DNA from: Macrostomum lignano
Lineage: Eukaryota
Direction: 5' to 3'
NCBI GenBank assembly: GCA_002269645.1
Contig: NIVC01001165.1
Span: 379,491 to 443,490 of the forward strand
Length of the DNA: 64,000 nucleotides
Shown here: piece by piece, positions 60,534 through 64,000 of the stretch
Position numbering within the stretch: the first letter of the stretch is position 1
Layout of the letters: each line of letters begins with the position of its first letter
Notes under the pieces: model-generated
What the model was told of the DNA's origin: nothing
The model's database searches: none
Seen by the model: the letters and a program-made list of their open reading frames with translations, nothing else
Made by a program: the position numbers and the translations under genes

Positions 60534-63500
60534 ATTGACTTAAACTTGACTCAGCTGCAGGGCTTTCCCGGGGGGACACAGCGGGAAGGCGCGAGCGCCC
60601 ATTCCGCTAATCCCTGAACGGCCGACGCGTCGCTATGGACGAAGGGTTGGCGCCGCCCAGGGAGGTCCCCCAGTGTCGCCAGCAGCTATGGTGCTCTTTG
60701 GAAAGGAGAGTTCAGCCCTGCGGGTGGCCCGGAGGTAGCGCATGAGCTGGTTAAAGTTTTCGGGTTTGCACGCTTCAGTAATAGATGTGTGTGGCCCGAG
60801 GTAAGTGAGTCTGGCTCGCGTAAAGGCGGGACAGATGCTGACGAAATGCTCAGCGGTTTCGTCACCTGAGTTACAGAAACTGCAGATGGCGTTGGTGGCG
60901 TTGCCCTGCAGGTACTGGTGCCTAGAGAAGCAGCCGTGACCTGAGAGGGTCATGGTGGTAGCCTGCATGTCTCTGCGTGAGAGGCACAAGAGGAGCTTCC
61001 GGAGCTGGTGAGAGGGTTGAGGGACAGCGCCTCTGGATTGCCTGCAGTTCGTGCGGTTCGCCCAAGTCGAGCGGTGCTGAGTCCTGATCCACGCTTTGAT
61101 GCGCGAGTCGATGACACAGCCAGGAATCGGGACAAGGGGTTCGGGACCGAGAGAGGAGCCGGAGGCGCCAACTTTCGCAAGGGCGTCAGCCAACTCATTC
61201 CCTCGGATCCCCACATGCCCCGGAACCCACTTGAGGGTGATTTTGTTGGTGGAGCCCAACATGTTGAGGATTTTGATACAGTCGAGGACTTTAGCAGAAT
61301 TGGTGCTGCAGCCGCTGATGGCGTGCAAGGCAGCTTGGCTGTCCGAATGGAAAGTGATGTTATTACCGGTAACGCCAGTGGCGAGGAGCTCTGCGGTGCA
61401 GGAGCTGATGGCAAGAACTTCATTTTGGAAGACACTAGAGTTGACCCCAGTGTACTGAGCTTGGGCTGCGATAACCCTCCCGTTCAGGAAGATTCCAACA
61501 CCAAAACCGGTGTTGTCTGACTGCTTAGAACCATCGGTGTAGCAGTGAAGCTCACCAGGGTTCCAGTGGTCATAGAGAGTATCTCGCGAGTCGATAGCTA
61601 CGGAGTAGCGTTGTCTCAGGTTGAGCGTTGAGGCAATGCCATCGGTGAAGACCCGATTGGCCTGACACTCGTTGAGGATGTTGATGCACAGGTCGCTATG
61701 CGGGACGAGGTTCCGCTTAGCAAGTGCCCTCATGTAAAGGAATTTGACACCGGCATAAAGTAAATGCCCGGTCGTTCTAGCCGCCTCACCCCTGACGAAG
61801 AGGTCAAGAGGCGGTAGATTAAGGAAGGCCCCCATGCCGGCAAAAGGCGTGGACCTGGTGGCGTTGCAGATAAGCCTACACGCTCTGCCCTGGATCGTGT
61901 TGAGCAAATCTGCCTGGGTAGCGCTAACCCAGACAACCGAGGCGTACGTAATTGCAGGTCTAACTACGGAAGTGTAGATCCACCAAAGCCGTTTTGGGGA
62001 TAGACCCCAAAAAGTGTCAAATGCTCGACGGAGCTGGGCCAGGATGGCTGAGGCACGCTTGGCTTTTGCTTTCACGTGGAAGGACCAGTTGAGCCGGTGG
62101 TCAAGTATGACCCCGAGACATCTGGTCTGGTGCGCGAAGGCAATATCTCTGCCGTAAAGCTGCAGAGGTCGTATGTTCCAGCGTATTCTGCTGGTGAACA
62201 TAATGGCAACAGTTTTGGGCTCAAAGAGTTCCAGACCGTTGTTATTGGCCCAGGATTCTGCTGCGCGGATAAAGCTCTGCATCAGATCCCTGAGCGTGCT
62301 GGAGGACGGCCCAGCCACAATGGCAGTGACATCGTCAGCATACCCGACTTTGAAGACGGGATCAGGTCGGGAGTCACCCAGAAGAGCGTCCATGACCAGG
62401 TTCCAGAGCGTCGGGGTGAGGACTCCGCCTTGGGGTCCACCCTTACAGACTCTGGCGGAGGCAGTTTGCCCAAGAAGTTGGGCAGTGACCGTACGGTTAG
62501 AGATCATGTACATGATCCACCGTATGAGGGTAGCGTGAGCTTTGCGATTTTGAAGGTCCCTCTAAAACGCTTCAAAGATAACGTTGTCGAAGGCGCCAAC
62601 AATGTCGAGAAAAAGAGCCAGGGCGTTACCGTCACCCAGTACCGCCCGTTCAATCTTCTCGACAATCGCATGCAGGGCGCTGTCAGTCGACCTCCCGGTA
62701 CGAAAGGCGTGCTGATGATTGCTGAGAGGCATTGCTGTCAGCTCGCAAGAAAGCAGCCGCCAGAGAATAAGCCTCTCAGTGAGCTTAAGCATTGCTGACG
62801 TTAAGCTAATTGGCCTAAAGGCCTTGACGCTCTGGTAGTCACCCTTCCCAGGTTTGGGAATAAAGACTACCCGAGCTTCAGTCCAGCATTTGGGAACGTA
62901 TCCCAGCTGGATAGAGGCCCGCATAAGATTGCGGTGAGTCTCAGGAACGAGGGTATCTTGGCTGCTTCACGAAGGAGAACAGGGTAGATACATGTACCAT
63001 CAGGTCCAGGAGATTTGAAGGGTTTGAAGGTTCTGACCGCACGAGCGATTAGGTCTTCAGTGACAATGCCCGCCGCTAGGGTGGCTCCATCCATTGAGTG
63101 GTTAGGTTCCGATCTAGCGGTGGGTACCCTCGGGAAGAATGTGCTGAGCATATGCTGAAGCACCTCTTCAGGGTCTTTAGTAAGAGAGCCATCATCTTTT
63201 TTGATCATGGCTAATTTGGACATTTTGTCCATTGTAAGGGCCTTTACAAGCCTAGAAGTAGGTCTGTCTTGATCCAATTCATTGCAGAATTGGCGCCATT
63301 TACATTCCTTGGCCTTGCGCACTTCAGATTTGAAGTTGCGGGAGGCTTGCCGGAAAAGCTCCATGTCCTCCGGGTTTCCGGTCTTCATGGCACGGCAATG
63401 AAGGCTTTTGGCCTTCCGCCTGAGTTTCCCCAGCTCCGGGTTCCACCACGGCGCCGAGGTCTTGCCTTTGTAGGCGCGAGCAGGACAAGCCGCTTCGTAG

Positions 63501-64000
63501 GCTGCAATAATGCAACCTGTCAGCGTCTCAGCCATATGATCCACATCCTCGCAGGTCTCAATCGGACGTAAGTCCGTGAGTTCCTGCAGGTGCAGATCAA
63601 GGGCAGCCTTGTAGGCCGCCCAATCAGTGTTGCGGATATTGCGCCTCCAAGTGATCAGAGACTGGGTTTTAGTGTCCGCGATATTAAAGGCGATAAAGCA
63701 GTGGTCAGACAGGGAGGGCTCGTCAGACCAGACTCTCCACTCCTTAACTCTGTCAAAGAGTCTTGGGGTAACAAGTGTGGCGTCAAGGACCTCAGTCCAT
63801 CTGCCATTGTTAAAGGTAGGAGTGCTACCGCGGTTGCAGAGCATGAGGTTTGTGTTAAAGATAAGGGCCAGAAGCTCCTCCCTCTAGTATTGGTGTCTTT
63901 GCTGCCCCAGTGCTTGTGTGCGCGTTGAGGTCGCCCCTAAGCACAGCTCAGCGTTCTGGGACTCGCAGTACTGCGCAAGGCGCAGTAGACTCTGGGGAGC
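60534..64000 (-). mobile_element. Non-LTR retrotransposon, LOA/Lian-like (APE-RT-RNase H-zinc finger), mutated, running off the window
   Basis: APE end (NRGSTPTF, SDHCFI), RT (FLDIVGAFDNV, PQGGVLTP, GYADD), RNase H (YTDGSK, WVPGHVGIRGNELAD), CSFC..H....C; frameshift near 62925 and in-frame TAG at 62562-62564. Confidence 0.93.

Noticed and set aside
55484-63928. Antisense and alternate-frame ORFs over the two LINEs (for example 56294-56962, 62076-62798)
   Set aside because: Shadow ORFs of GC-rich retroelement coding sequence.

Overview
Repeat-dense animal genomic DNA with spliced genes and no prokaryotic features. A 20-nt match to the Macrostomum spliced leader (recalled from memory) and the minisatellite-filled introns suggest the flatworm Macrostomum lignano; this is an inference. 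Host genes: (i) PDZ2-PDZ3 exons of an MPDZ/PATJ-like gene on the minus strand (1.2-14.3 kb); (ii) an orphan acidic, Q-rich gene (30.7-32.4 kb); (iii) an intronless 2-TM orphan (37.4-38.5 kb); (iv) a 2-exon coiled-coil gene (40.4-42.5 kb); (v) an intact secreted fibrinogen-related protein with a duplicated, unrecognised N-terminal domain (53.0-58.0 kb), plus a broken paralog (43.4-45.8 kb). Mobile DNA: a hAT-type MITE, a tRNA-SINE cluster, a Mag-like Ty3/Gypsy element, a second decayed Gypsy, a THAP/P-element remnant, and two RNase H-bearing LINEs. About 19 micro/minisatellite arrays or low-complexity tracts are present. The best observation is a 1,504-bp mini-Polinton (43428-44931) with perfect 27-bp TIRs, AG-type termini and a 6-bp TSD (AGCGTT). 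Its only gene is a penton (minor capsid)-like ORF with one premature stop, and it sits in the signal-peptide exon of the fibrinogen-related paralog. All family assignments are by-eye motif recognition; no searches were run.
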